Shown: positions 20,836 to 30,375 of the stretch, piece after piece | Layout: each line of letters starts with the position of its first letter | Position numbering within the stretch: the first letter of the stretch is position 1 | DNA from: Cyclobacteriaceae bacterium | GTDB taxonomy: Bacteria > Bacteroidota > Bacteroidia > Cytophagales > Cyclobacteriaceae | Direction: 5' to 3' | NCBI GenBank assembly: GCA_965242775.1 | Contig: CBDETI010000027.1 | Coordinates: 240,422 to 304,421, forward strand | DNA length: 64,000 bases | Notes under the pieces: model-generated | Told to the model about the DNA's origin: nothing | What the model saw: only the letters and a program-made list of their open reading frames with translations | Databases searched by the model: none | Translations under genes and position numbers: made by a program

Positions 20836-21789
20836 ATGAGTGATATCAAAAGCTTAGAAGAACGCTTCAATGAGCGCATCGATGCCGGTGAAACCATTGA
20901 GGCCAAAGATTGGATGCCCGAGAAATATCGAAAAACGCACATTCGACAGATCTCTCAACATGCGCATTCGGAAGTCGTGGGAATGTTGCCAGAAGGCAAT
21001 TGGATTACCCGGACACCCACTTTGAGGAGAAAGGTGGCGCTGCTTGCCAAAGTTCAGGATGAGGCGGGTCATGGCCTGTATCTCTACAGTGCAGCTGAAA
21101 CCCTGGGAATGAGCCGTGATGAGCTCTATGAGCAATTGCTTTCAGGACAAGCCAAGTATTCAAGCATCTTCAATTACCCTACGCTGACCTGGGCAGATAT
21201 TGGGGCAATCGGTTGGTTGGTGGACGGTGCTGCCATTATCAATCAGGTAATGCTTACCCGGACATCCTTTGGACCTTATGCCAGGGCCATGGTGCGTATT
21301 TGTAAGGAAGAGAGCTTTCATCAACGGCAGGGTTATGAGATCATGCTTACCCTGTGCCAGGGTACACCAGCACAAAAAGAAATGGCTCAGGATGCATTAA
21401 ACAGGTGGTGGTGGCCGTCCCTGATGATGTTTGGGCCGCGCGATGAAGAGTCACCCAACACGGCTCAATCTGTTCGCTGGAAGATCAAGCGAAAGACCAA
21501 TGATGAATTGCGACAGCAGTTTGTGGATATTACCGTGCCCCAGGCAGACTACCTGGGTTTAACCATACCAGATGAAGATCTGCAATGGAATGAGGAGCAA
21601 AAACGCTACGATTTCGGAGAGATCGACTGGGAAGAGTTCTGGCAAGTGGTGAAAGGAAACGGTATTTGCAACAAAGAACGACTTAAGGCCAAAAACGATG
21701 CGTGGGATCAGGGTGCCTGGGTCCGGGAAGCGGCGGTTGCCTACGCTGAAAAACAAGAAAACCGAAATTCACTCAAAGAAACGGCATAG
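20836..21789 (+). CDS. paaA: 1,2-phenylacetyl-CoA epoxidase catalytic subunit A
   Basis: 317 aa di-iron oxygenase (DEAGH..., EESFH), with conserved paaABCD order. Confidence 0.9.
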   Translation: MSDIKSLEERFNERIDAGETIEAKDWMPEKYRKTHIRQISQHAHSEVVGMLPEGNWITRTPTLRRKVALLAKVQDEAGHGLYLYSAAETLGMSRDELYEQLLSGQAKYSSIFNYPTLTWADIGAIGWLVDGAAIINQVMLTRTSFGPYARAMVRICKEESFHQRQGYEIMLTLCQGTPAQKEMAQDALNRWWWPSLMMFGPRDEESPNTAQSVRWKIKRKTNDELRQQFVDITVPQADYLGLTIPDEDLQWNEEQKRYDFGEIDWEEFWQVVKGNGICNKERLKAKNDAWDQGAWVREAAVAYAEKQENRNSLKETA

Positions 21790-21813
21790 TAGCTCATAAA
21801 AACTGGTAACGAG

Positions 21814-22098
21814 ATGAAAAAAGAATGGCCTCTGTTTGAAGTATTCATCAGAAGTAAAAATGGTTTGGAACATCGTCATGTAGGTAGTTTACATGCTGCC
21901 GATGAAGAAATGGCACTCGAAAATGCACGGGATGTCTATACGCGCAGGCAGGAAGGCGTCAGTATCTGGGTTGTTGCCTCAAAGCACATCAAGGCTTCTA
22001 ACCCCGAACATAATGGCGAGCTTTTCGAGCCAGCGCAAGACAAAGTATACCGGCATCCTACGTTTTATGAACTTCCTGATGAACTCAAACACATCTGA
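21814..22098 (+). CDS. paaB: 1,2-phenylacetyl-CoA epoxidase subunit B
   Basis: 94 aa; size, position and sequence are typical of PaaB. Confidence 0.9.
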   Translation: MKKEWPLFEVFIRSKNGLEHRHVGSLHAADEEMALENARDVYTRRQEGVSIWVVASKHIKASNPEHNGELFEPAQDKVYRHPTFYELPDELKHI

Positions 22099-22120
22099 TT
22101 AGGCAGCAAATAGATCCAAA

Positions 22121-22876
22121 ATGACTAATAAAAGGCTTTACCAGTATTTGTTGATGTTAGGTGATAACTCCATGATCTTGGGTCATCGGTTATCAGAGCT
22201 CTGCGGCCATGGCCCCAATCTGGAAACGGATATCGCTTTAACCAACATTTCTCTCGATCTTTTTGGTCAGGTGCGAAGTTATTTCCAGTATGCCGCGGAA
22301 ATATCAGAAGAGGACACCACCGAAGACAGTATCGCCTTTCTTCGGACAGATCGCCAATATCTCAACTCGCTATTGGTGGAGCAACCAAATGAAGATTTTG
22401 GGCATGTGATTGCCAGGCAATTTTTCTTTGATTGCTGCCATGTTCCTCTTTTGGACCAATTGGCACGCAGCAAGGACGAAACCATTGCCGCTATCGCAAG
22501 CAAATCCCAAAAAGAGTCCGCCTATCATCTGAGATTCTCTGCCGAATGGGTTAAACGTCTGGGCGATGGCACCGACAAAAGTCACCAAAAGATGCAAGCA
22601 GCGATAGACCACATGTATCCATTTGTTTTCGAGATGTTCACAGAGAGTGCGGTTGAAAAGGAAATGAAAGAGGCAGGGATCGGTGCTGATTTATCTCTTG
22701 TCGAAAGAGCGAGCACTGAGAAATTCCGAGAAGTATTGGAAATTAGTGGTCTGAAAATACCGGAAGCATCGCCTAGCGCTGCAAATGGTAAGTCCGGAAT
22801 TCACTCAGAGCATCTGGGATTTATACTTTCGGATCTGCAGTATATGCAAAGGGCCTATCCCAATATGCAGTGGTAG
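22121..22876 (+). CDS. paaC: 1,2-phenylacetyl-CoA epoxidase subunit C
   Basis: 251 aa ferritin-like structural subunit following paaB. Confidence 0.85.
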   Translation: MTNKRLYQYLLMLGDNSMILGHRLSELCGHGPNLETDIALTNISLDLFGQVRSYFQYAAEISEEDTTEDSIAFLRTDRQYLNSLLVEQPNEDFGHVIARQFFFDCCHVPLLDQLARSKDETIAAIASKSQKESAYHLRFSAEWVKRLGDGTDKSHQKMQAAIDHMYPFVFEMFTESAVEKEMKEAGIGADLSLVERASTEKFREVLEISGLKIPEASPSAANGKSGIHSEHLGFILSDLQYMQRAYPNMQW

Positions 22877-23373
22877 CCACACAGCTGCATATCGCCAATA
22901 CCCAAATAGAAAAAGCCTTACGGTCGGTCCATGATCCCGAAATTCCGGTGCTTTCTATCATGGACATGGGTGTGGTAAGGCAGGTGGCCGTGGAAGGATC
23001 AAAGGTTACTGTCGACATTACGCCAACCTATTCCGGATGTCCGGCAATGGATACGATTGCCGATGATATTAAGTCAGCGGTTGATGCAGTGGGTTTTGAA
23101 ACAAAAGTGAAGCTGGTGTTGTCTCCGGCGTGGACAACCGACTGGATTACAGCACAAGGCAAACAAAGACTGGAAGAATATGGAATTGCCGCACCCCTGG
23201 AGGATTCGGCAGACAAACGTGTCTTGTTCGAAGGAGACCGATTGGTTAAATGTCCCAGATGTAAGTCCAATAACACCCGATTGGTAAGTCAGTTTGGCTC
23301 TACCGCTTGCAAGGCACTTTTTCAATGCGACGATTGCCTGGAGCCTTTCGATTATTTCAAATGTTTGAAGTGA
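22870..23373 (+). CDS. paaD: phenylacetate-CoA oxygenase subunit PaaD (SUF/MIP18-like plus Cys cluster)
   Basis: VHDPEIPVLSI motif and C-terminal CPRC...C...CDDC. GTG start overlapping the paaC stop. Confidence 0.85.
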   Translation: MVATQLHIANTQIEKALRSVHDPEIPVLSIMDMGVVRQVAVEGSKVTVDITPTYSGCPAMDTIADDIKSAVDAVGFETKVKLVLSPAWTTDWITAQGKQRLEEYGIAAPLEDSADKRVLFEGDRLVKCPRCKSNNTRLVSQFGSTACKALFQCDDCLEPFDYFKCLK

Positions 23374-23525
23374 GAGTTAAATCGTAAATCAAAAAATCGT
23401 AATTGACCTTTGTCGCGTAAGGAACTTCTAATTTCAAGCTAATAAAGGATTATAAGTCAATCAATCACCTACTTAACTGATCAACCCATCAAAAATCACC
23501 ATTCACTAGTAACCTCCTAAGAAAA

Positions 23526-24302
23526 ATGGCGCTAACCCTCGATATAACAGACAACATTGCAACCATCACCCTCAACCGTCCAGAAGCTTTCAATAGTATT
23601 AACTCGGAACTGGCCCACGCCTTGATTGAAGCGCTCGATGAATGCGATCGGAACGACGAAGTACGGGCAATCGTGTTGACCGGAGCCGGGAAGGCTTTCT
23701 GTGCCGGACAGGATTTGAAAGAAGTGACTGACCCATCATTAAATCCTGGATTCAGGGTACTGATGGAACAACACTACGAGCCAATTGTGACGAGGCTTAG
23801 GAAAATAGAAAAGCCGATCGTTGCTGCCGTGAACGGTGTAGCGGCAGGTGCCGGGGCCAATTTTGCACTTGCATGTGATGTCATCCTGGCTTCCGAAAAG
23901 GCCTCTTTCATACAGGCGTTTAGTGCCATAGGCCTCATACCGGACAGTGGCGGAACATTTACGTTACCCCGTACTGTGGGTATGGCGAAGGCTAGTGCAT
24001 TGGCCATGCTTGGAGATAAAGTTTCGGCTGCAGAAGCAGAACGCATTGGGATGATCTACAAATATTTCTCCGAAGAGGAGTTCAGGGAAGCGGTGGCCAA
24101 AATCGCTCAGAAACTTTCGCACATGCCCACAAAAGGCCTGGGGCTTACAAAAAGGGCGTTCAATGAATCTCTTGGCAACAACTTCGATCAACAAATGAAA
24201 CTAGAGACAGACCTGCAAATTGCCGCTGCTTCCAGCGAGGACTATGAAGAGGGAGTTACGGCGTTTGTCGAAAAACGAAAACCAACCTTCAAAGGCCGCT
24301 AG
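23526..24302 (+). CDS. paaG: crotonase-family 2-(1,2-epoxy-1,2-dihydrophenyl)acetyl-CoA isomerase
   Basis: 258 aa. TLNRPEAFNS...LTGAGKAFCAGQDL closely parallels E. coli PaaG. Confidence 0.85.
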   Translation: MALTLDITDNIATITLNRPEAFNSINSELAHALIEALDECDRNDEVRAIVLTGAGKAFCAGQDLKEVTDPSLNPGFRVLMEQHYEPIVTRLRKIEKPIVAAVNGVAAGAGANFALACDVILASEKASFIQAFSAIGLIPDSGGTFTLPRTVGMAKASALAMLGDKVSAAEAERIGMIYKYFSEEEFREAVAKIAQKLSHMPTKGLGLTKRAFNESLGNNFDQQMKLETDLQIAAASSEDYEEGVTAFVEKRKPTFKGR

Positions 24303-24306
24303 AAAT

Positions 24307-25470
24307 ATGACCAAGCTAAAAGTAGGTGTACTAGGAGCAGGAACGATGGGCAGTGGTATTGCCCAGGTGGCCGCAACTGCAGGTTGTGAGGTGATGCTGT
24401 TTGATGCCAATGAGCAGGCGCTGACGAACAGCCAAAACAATCTCGAGAAAATTCTCTCGCGCTTGGTGGAAAAGGCCAAGATAACCGAGGACAAAAAGAA
24501 TGAAACTCAAGGGAATATTGCCATCGGCCAATCTCTGGAAAAGTTAGCTTCTTCGGATTTGATCATTGAGGCGATAGTTGAAAATAAAGATATCAAAAGG
24601 AAGGTTTTTGCGGATATTGAAACCTTGGTCTCAGACCAGTGCATCTTAGCATCAAATACTTCTTCCTTGTCAATCACTTCGATTGCAGCGGCACTGAAAA
24701 GACCTGACCGTTTTATCGGCATCCACTTTTTCAATCCCGCACCGCTCATGAAGCTGGTGGAGATCGTACCGGCCATCCAGACAAGTGAGGCCGTGGCAAT
24801 GCGTGCCCAGGAGATTATTGGTGGGTGGTCAAAGCTAACGGTTATTGCCAAGGACACGCCAGGATTCATAGTCAACAAGGTAGCCAGACCCTTTTACAGT
24901 GAATCCCTCAGAATTTATGAAGAAGGCATCGCCGATTTTGCGACGATCGACTGGGCCATGAAGGAGATAGGCGGCTTTAGAATGGGCCCTTTTCAGCTAA
25001 TGGATTTTATAGGCAACGATATCAACTACACCGTCACCGAGACGGTCTTCAATGCTTTTTACTATGATCCGCGCTATAAACCTGCATTTACGCAAAAACG
25101 ACTTTCAGAGGCTGGTTACTTGGGCCGCAAAAGCGGAAGAGGTTACTACGACTACTCCGAAGGGGCAGAAACGACGGGTGCAGTGGAAGATCATGCGCTA
25201 GGAAACAGTATTTTTAATAGGGTTTTGGCCATGTTGATCAATGAAGCGGCTGACACTTTACATATGAACATCGCTAACAGGGATGATATAGATACGGCCA
25301 TGACCACCGGTGTTAATTATCCTAAAGGTCTTCTGCAATGGGCCGATGAATTAGGAATTGATCAATGTGTCGAGGCGATAGATGTGTTGTATGAGCACTA
25401 CCATGATGACCGGTACAGGTGCTCCGCGTTATTGAGAAATATGGGCAAAAACAACCAAACTTTCTACTGA
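24307..25470 (+). CDS. paaH: 3-hydroxyadipyl-CoA dehydrogenase
   Basis: VGVLGAGTMGSGIA Rossmann fold and a 3-hydroxyacyl-CoA dehydrogenase C-domain. ATG at 24307 (the track ORF starts upstream inside paaG). Confidence 0.85.
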   Translation: MTKLKVGVLGAGTMGSGIAQVAATAGCEVMLFDANEQALTNSQNNLEKILSRLVEKAKITEDKKNETQGNIAIGQSLEKLASSDLIIEAIVENKDIKRKVFADIETLVSDQCILASNTSSLSITSIAAALKRPDRFIGIHFFNPAPLMKLVEIVPAIQTSEAVAMRAQEIIGGWSKLTVIAKDTPGFIVNKVARPFYSESLRIYEEGIADFATIDWAMKEIGGFRMGPFQLMDFIGNDINYTVTETVFNAFYYDPRYKPAFTQKRLSEAGYLGRKSGRGYYDYSEGAETTGAVEDHALGNSIFNRVLAMLINEAADTLHMNIANRDDIDTAMTTGVNYPKGLLQWADELGIDQCVEAIDVLYEHYHDDRYRCSALLRNMGKNNQTFY

Positions 25471-25883
25471 TGTCTGCCACGGAGATATATGATAAAATGA
25501 TGGCCAGCGACTATTGCAGCCAGTGGATGGGTATCAAGCCAGTGCTGGTCGAAGCAGGCCATTGCATTATAGAGATGGAAGTAAAGAAAGAGATGCTCAA
25601 TGGCTTCGGGATCTTACATGGAGGAATTGCCTATGCATTTGCGGATAGTGCTTTTGCTTTTGCCTCCAATTCTTATGGTAGATTATCTGTGTCGATCAAC
25701 GGTTCCATGAGTTTTTCAAAATCCGCGTTGGAGGGAGAAGTGCTGTTGGCAGAAGCCACGGCACTGCACGTCGGGAATAAAACTGCGGATTTTGATGTTG
25801 TAGTGAGCAGAAAGGCCGACAATGAAAGATTGTACTCCTTTAGAGGCACTGTCTATCGTACAGGTAAAAACGTTTTGGAGTAG
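25470..25883 (+). CDS. paaI: hotdog-fold acyl-CoA thioesterase
   Basis: 137 aa with LHGG motif. The ATG overlaps the paaH stop (TGATG). Confidence 0.85.
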   Translation: MSATEIYDKMMASDYCSQWMGIKPVLVEAGHCIIEMEVKKEMLNGFGILHGGIAYAFADSAFAFASNSYGRLSVSINGSMSFSKSALEGEVLLAEATALHVGNKTADFDVVVSRKADNERLYSFRGTVYRTGKNVLE

Positions 25884-25981
25884 AGGTAAAAAAATTCTAA
25901 CAAACAAGAAACCAAGACCCAGGAGCTAAGTAACCAAATACCCTATAACTAATTAACCCCATAACCAAGCCCCATACCCCG

Positions 25982-27190
25982 ATGAATGAAGCATATATAG
26001 TTGATGGTATCCGTACACCTGTCGGCAATTTTACCGGCACCTTGTCGCAGGTGAGAGCGGATGATCTGGGATCCCTTGTAATCGAGCAATTGGTGAAGAG
26101 AAATCCCAATGTGCCCGCAGAGGCCTACGATGATGTAATCCTTGGTTGCGCCAATCAGGCGGGGGAAGATAACAGGAATGTTGCACGCATGTGCCTTTTG
26201 ATGGCAGGGCTGCCCTGGACTGTACCTGGTGAAACTGTAAACCGGCTGTGTTCTTCGGGCCTTTCAGCGATTATCCAGGCCAACCGTGCCATAAAAACAG
26301 GGGACGGAGATATCTTCATCGCCGGAGGAGTGGAGCACATGACCAGAGGCCCATGGGTTATTTCAAAGACATCCAAGCCTTTTGGGCGTGATGCTCAGAT
26401 GTATGATTCCAGTTTTGGCTGGCGTTTCGTCAACAAAAAAATGAAAGACCTCTATGGAACTGATGCGATGGGAGAGACAGCAGAGAACCTCGTCGATCAA
26501 TTTGGGATCAGTAGAGAAGACCAGGACCAGTTTGCGCTTTGGTCACAGACGAAGGCGACAAAGGCATTGGAAAGCGGTCGATTGTCGAGGGAGATCACGC
26601 CCGTAATTATCCCGCAAAGAAAAAAGGATCCGATTGTTTTTGATCGGGATGAATTCATTAAGCCAGGGACTACTTTGGAGATTCTGGCCAAGTTGAGACC
26701 GGCTTTTAGGAGTGATGGAGGGTCAGTGACGGCTGGCAATGCTTCTGGGTTAAACGATGGTGCGGCGGCGACCTTGGTTGCCAGCAAGGAGGCTTTGGGT
26801 CGTTACGGATTGAAGCCGCTGGCGAGGATAGTCAGCTCCGCCGTGGTAGGTGTGGAACCTCGGATTATGGGCATTGGTCCCGTGGAAGCTAGCAACAGGG
26901 CCTTGGCCAAAGCGGGCATCACCATGGATCAGGTAGATATTATCGAATTGAACGAGGCTTTTGCAGCGCAGGCATTGGCGTGCACCCGCTCCTGGGGGCT
27001 CGCGGATGATGACAAACGTCTCAATCCAAATGGCGGTGCGATCGCTATTGGGCATCCACTGGGAATGACGGGAGCCAGGATCGCCTATAGTGCGGCGTTG
27101 GAATTACAGCAAACTGGGAAGCAATATGCCTTGGTGACGATGTGCGTGGGTGTAGGACAGGGCTATGCAGCAGTATTGGAGCGCGCGTAG
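25982..27190 (+). CDS. paaJ: 3-oxoadipyl-CoA / 3-oxo-5,6-dehydrosuberyl-CoA thiolase
   Basis: 402 aa thiolase with active-site NRLCSSG, NEAFA and GHPLG...C...G motifs. Confidence 0.9.
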   Translation: MNEAYIVDGIRTPVGNFTGTLSQVRADDLGSLVIEQLVKRNPNVPAEAYDDVILGCANQAGEDNRNVARMCLLMAGLPWTVPGETVNRLCSSGLSAIIQANRAIKTGDGDIFIAGGVEHMTRGPWVISKTSKPFGRDAQMYDSSFGWRFVNKKMKDLYGTDAMGETAENLVDQFGISREDQDQFALWSQTKATKALESGRLSREITPVIIPQRKKDPIVFDRDEFIKPGTTLEILAKLRPAFRSDGGSVTAGNASGLNDGAAATLVASKEALGRYGLKPLARIVSSAVVGVEPRIMGIGPVEASNRALAKAGITMDQVDIIELNEAFAAQALACTRSWGLADDDKRLNPNGGAIAIGHPLGMTGARIAYSAALELQQTGKQYALVTMCVGVGQGYAAVLERA

Positions 27191-27316
27191 TGGCTTAAGG
27201 ATGGTGGGGAGTGCGGGGCCTGAGCTTGGGAAAGTCGGTCCCACAGGCAAGCCCAAAAAGTATGGAGAAGAGATCATGAATAAAAACAGGGGATACCTGA
27301 TCAAATAAAATCGAGC

Positions 27317-29812
27317 ATGAACAAATTAGAGAACTACGCTTGCGGTCATTGGGTGGCGCCTGATGGCGAAGGAGTTCCTCAGTACAATGCCATTACAGGG
27401 GAAGTCATTTCCATATGCGGCAGCGAGGGGCTTTCCTTTGAGGAGATGGCCCGGTATGGGCGCGAGACAGGCAACAACAACCTACGAAAAATGACTTTCC
27501 AGGAGCGTGGCATGATGCTAAAGAAACTCGCCCTATTCCTGAATAAGCGCCGTTTGCAGTACTACCCCGTAAGCTATCAAAGCGGGGCAACGAAAGCCGA
27601 TAGCTGGATTGACATAGATGGCGGTATCGGTACTTTATTCGCTTATGCGAGTCTCAGAAAACAGTTTCCCAACACGCCTTTTCATGTAGACGGAGAATTG
27701 GCCAACCTGTCCCGGGAAGGTACATTTATCGGGCATCATATCATGGTTCCGCGACGCGGGGTTGCGGTGCATATTAACGCTTTCAATTTCCCGATTTGGG
27801 GAATGCTCGAAAAGTGTGCAGTCAATTGGTTGGCGGGGATGCCTGCCATTGTGAAGGCCGCCGAACCAACCTCTTACCTCACGCAGGCGATGGTGAAAGA
27901 TATCATCGACTCGAAAATACTGCCCGAGGGCGCATTGCAATTGGTTTGTGGTCCCGGAAACGGCATTTTGGACCCGTTGATGGATCAGGATGTGGTGACG
28001 TTCACCGGATCGGCAAGTACGGGAAGGCTCCTGAAGGCCCATCCCAACCTGATTGAAAATGCCATTCCGTTCAACATGGAAGCCGACAGCCTGAATGCTG
28101 CGGTGCTTGGCGAAGATGCCGCACCTGGAACGCCTGAGTTTGACCTTTTTGTCAAAGAAGTAAGAAAAGAGATTACGGTAAAATGCGGTCAAAAGTGTAC
28201 GGCCATTCGCCGGATCATCGTGCCGGCCAATTTTGTGGAAGACTTCCAAATAGCCCTGGGCAAACAGCTGCAGAAAGTAGTCATAGGAAATCCGGAGGAT
28301 GAACGTGTCCGTATGGGATCACTGGTCAGTCAGGATCAGGTAGAAGAGGTAAACCGTAAAGTCGAGGAACTCCTTGAAGAATGCGAGTTGGTAATTGGCG
28401 ACAAAGGAGCGACCCCTGAAGTCGTGGCCGCGGAAGCTACAAAAGGCGCTTTTTACACACCCTTGGTCTTCTTAAATGACAAGCCTTTTGACAAGACGAG
28501 AGTGCATGTCACAGAGGCTTTTGGTCCGGTAAGTACTATTTTGCCATATCAGGGTCTCGACGAAGCCATTCAACTCTCGCACATGGGTAAAGGGAGTCTG
28601 GTGAGTTCTATTAGTACGTATGATGATCAAATCGCCCGTGATTTCGCGGTGGAAGCTGCCTCACACCATGGTAGGATCCTGGTATTGAATAGGGAGTCGG
28701 CCAGGGAAAGCACCGGGCATGGGTCACCCATGCCACTGTTATCGCACGGAGGTCCGGGAAGAGCAGGGGGTGGCGAGGAAATGGGAGGAGCAAGAGGTGT
28801 GAAGCACTATTTGCAACGGTGTGCCATCCAAGGAACCCCTACTACCCTCACGGCTATCACAGGACAATATCAGCAGGGAGCCAAGGTGAAGGAGACGCCC
28901 AAGCACCCTTTCAGGTACTATTTTGAGGAAATTGAGCCAGGAATGTCGATCCTCACTCACAAACGGACCGTCACTGATACCGACATCATCAACTTCGCGA
29001 ATCTTACTTGGGATGTATTTTATGCCCATACGGATATCACTTCTTTGAAGGGGACGATTTTTGAGCGCCGGGCGGCGCACGGTTATTTTCTATTGTCTGC
29101 CGGAGCTGGACTATTCGTTCATCCTGCTAAGGGACCCGTTGGGGCTAATTATGGGTTGGACGAGTGTCGATTTATCAGACCTATTTATCACAACGATACC
29201 ATCCAGGTTCGATTGACATGCAAAGAAAAAATTGATCGTGATAGCCGCGGAAGGGAATTCCCCTCGGGGGTGGTCAAATGGTACGAGGAGATCCTGGATG
29301 AGGATGGAGAATTAGTGGCATTTGCAACCATTTTGACGCTGGTTCAAAAGCAATGTCCATTCTCCGATATTAACAGGGGGTGGTTGGAAAGTATGCTGAA
29401 CAAACTGACAGAAGATGCCCAGCCGTCCTGGGGTATTATGACCCCTCAGCACATGGTAGAGCATTTTGAGTTTTTTCACCGAATGTCCATTGGAGAGATA
29501 CCGACAGAGGTGGAAACGCCGGAAAAATATATCGAAAGGGTTCAGGACTCCCTATTCAATTACGAACCGATGATCCAGCAATTTGATCATCCGCTGCTTC
29601 GCAAGGGGAAAGTTGAGGACCTTAGGTATGGTAGCTTGGATGACGCGAAAAAGGCGCTTTTGGAATCGTACGATGCTTTTGAGATGTACTTCAAAGAAAA
29701 TCCGGAGGCAGAGACTCCCAATACTGTATTTGGCATGCTGAACAAAGAGCTTTGGGACTTGCTCAACAGGAAACATTATCACCATCACTTTAGTCAGTTT
29801 GGGTTGATCTGA
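27317..29812 (+). CDS. paaZ: bifunctional oxepin-CoA hydrolase / 3-oxo-5,6-dehydrosuberyl-CoA semialdehyde dehydrogenase with an additional C-terminal domain
   Basis: ALDH domain (FNMEADSLN, GQKCTAIRR), then a MaoC/hotdog hydratase domain, then an extra 155 aa (29345-29809) resembling DinB/DUF1569. Confidence 0.85.
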   Translation: MNKLENYACGHWVAPDGEGVPQYNAITGEVISICGSEGLSFEEMARYGRETGNNNLRKMTFQERGMMLKKLALFLNKRRLQYYPVSYQSGATKADSWIDIDGGIGTLFAYASLRKQFPNTPFHVDGELANLSREGTFIGHHIMVPRRGVAVHINAFNFPIWGMLEKCAVNWLAGMPAIVKAAEPTSYLTQAMVKDIIDSKILPEGALQLVCGPGNGILDPLMDQDVVTFTGSASTGRLLKAHPNLIENAIPFNMEADSLNAAVLGEDAAPGTPEFDLFVKEVRKEITVKCGQKCTAIRRIIVPANFVEDFQIALGKQLQKVVIGNPEDERVRMGSLVSQDQVEEVNRKVEELLEECELVIGDKGATPEVVAAEATKGAFYTPLVFLNDKPFDKTRVHVTEAFGPVSTILPYQGLDEAIQLSHMGKGSLVSSISTYDDQIARDFAVEAASHHGRILVLNRESARESTGHGSPMPLLSHGGPGRAGGGEEMGGARGVKHYLQRCAIQGTPTTLTAITGQYQQGAKVKETPKHPFRYYFEEIEPGMSILTHKRTVTDTDIINFANLTWDVFYAHTDITSLKGTIFERRAAHGYFLLSAGAGLFVHPAKGPVGANYGLDECRFIRPIYHNDTIQVRLTCKEKIDRDSRGREFPSGVVKWYEEILDEDGELVAFATILTLVQKQCPFSDINRGWLESMLNKLTEDAQPSWGIMTPQHMVEHFEFFHRMSIGEIPTEVETPEKYIERVQDSLFNYEPMIQQFDHPLLRKGKVEDLRYGSLDDAKKALLESYDAFEMYFKENPEAETPNTVFGMLNKELWDLLNRKHYHHHFSQFGLI

Positions 29813-29914
29813 GGAAAGGGGATTGGTTACCAGTGATTGGTCAATGGTGATCAGTGAATGGTATTTGGTGTTGATGTTAGCATATTTAGGGTTGTGCCTA
29901 TATTGAGGAAATCA

Positions 29915-30299
29915 ATGACCAGCGTGACAGGGAGGAGTTTTGAGGAATTAGATGTCTGGAAAATGGGCCGGGAAATTAGAAATGAAATATATCATTTGAT
30001 TGCTAGCTTTCCTCGAGAAGAGAGGTATCGGCTAGTAGATCAGGTACTACGTTCGTCCAGGTCGGTTTGCGCCAATATTACAGAGGGTCATGGCAGGTTT
30101 CACTATCAGGAAAACAGTCAGTTTTGTAGGATTGCCCGGGCGATCGTTGTACGAAACGCTGGATCACCTGATTTGCGCCGCCGATTGCCAACTTTTGGAT
30201 GAAGAGAAGTTAAGGGACCTTGAAAATAAAATCCAGCAACTAGCCAAAATGCTCAATGGTTACATCAACTATTCGCAAAGGCAAAAAAGTAGAAACTAA
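29915..30299 (+). pseudogene. four-helix-bundle protein gene (23S rRNA intervening-sequence / Avd-like family) disrupted by a +1 frameshift
   Basis: Frame 1 gives FEELDVWKMGREI...RSSRSVCANITEGHGRF...FCRIAR up to about 30139. The family continuation SLYETLDHLICAADCQLL...KMLNGYI is in the next frame from 30141. The shift lies in the CCCGGG run at 30135-30140. Confidence 0.75.
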
Positions 30300-30375
30300 T
30301 CACTGGGAGCATCAAGCAGATCAGACCATAATGCATTTACAAACGAATCACCAATCACCATCAAGAAAATACGAA

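Noticed and set aside
25955-27250. Inverted G/C-rich motifs flanking paaJ (CCAAGCCCCATACCCC upstream, GGGGAGTGCGGGGCCTGAGCTTGG downstream)
   Set aside because: The match is interrupted and short. It could be chance plus a weak hairpin (GCCTG..TGGGA-loop-TCCCA-CAGGC) after paaJ, which is not enough to call a repeat element.
27635-28249. 204-aa minus-strand ORF (and similar ORFs at 1030-1515, 40085-40438, 58137-58610)
   Set aside because: All are antisense shadows inside well-supported genes (paaZ, glnS, the E1 fusion, the LytTR regulator).
29915-30299. Programmed +1 ribosomal frameshift in the four-helix-bundle gene
   Set aside because: There is no slippery or shifty-stop context of the prfB type. 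The shift sits in a C3G3 homopolymer pair, so mutation or sequencing error is the simpler explanation.
30345-30350. PaaX operator (the GAATCA / TGATTC half-sites known from E. coli)
   Set aside because: Only a single hexamer matches, the inverted partner reads GTGATTGG rather than TGATTC, and no GntR-type PaaX gene is in the window. The resemblance is probably coincidental. The motif is reported instead as an unassigned element.
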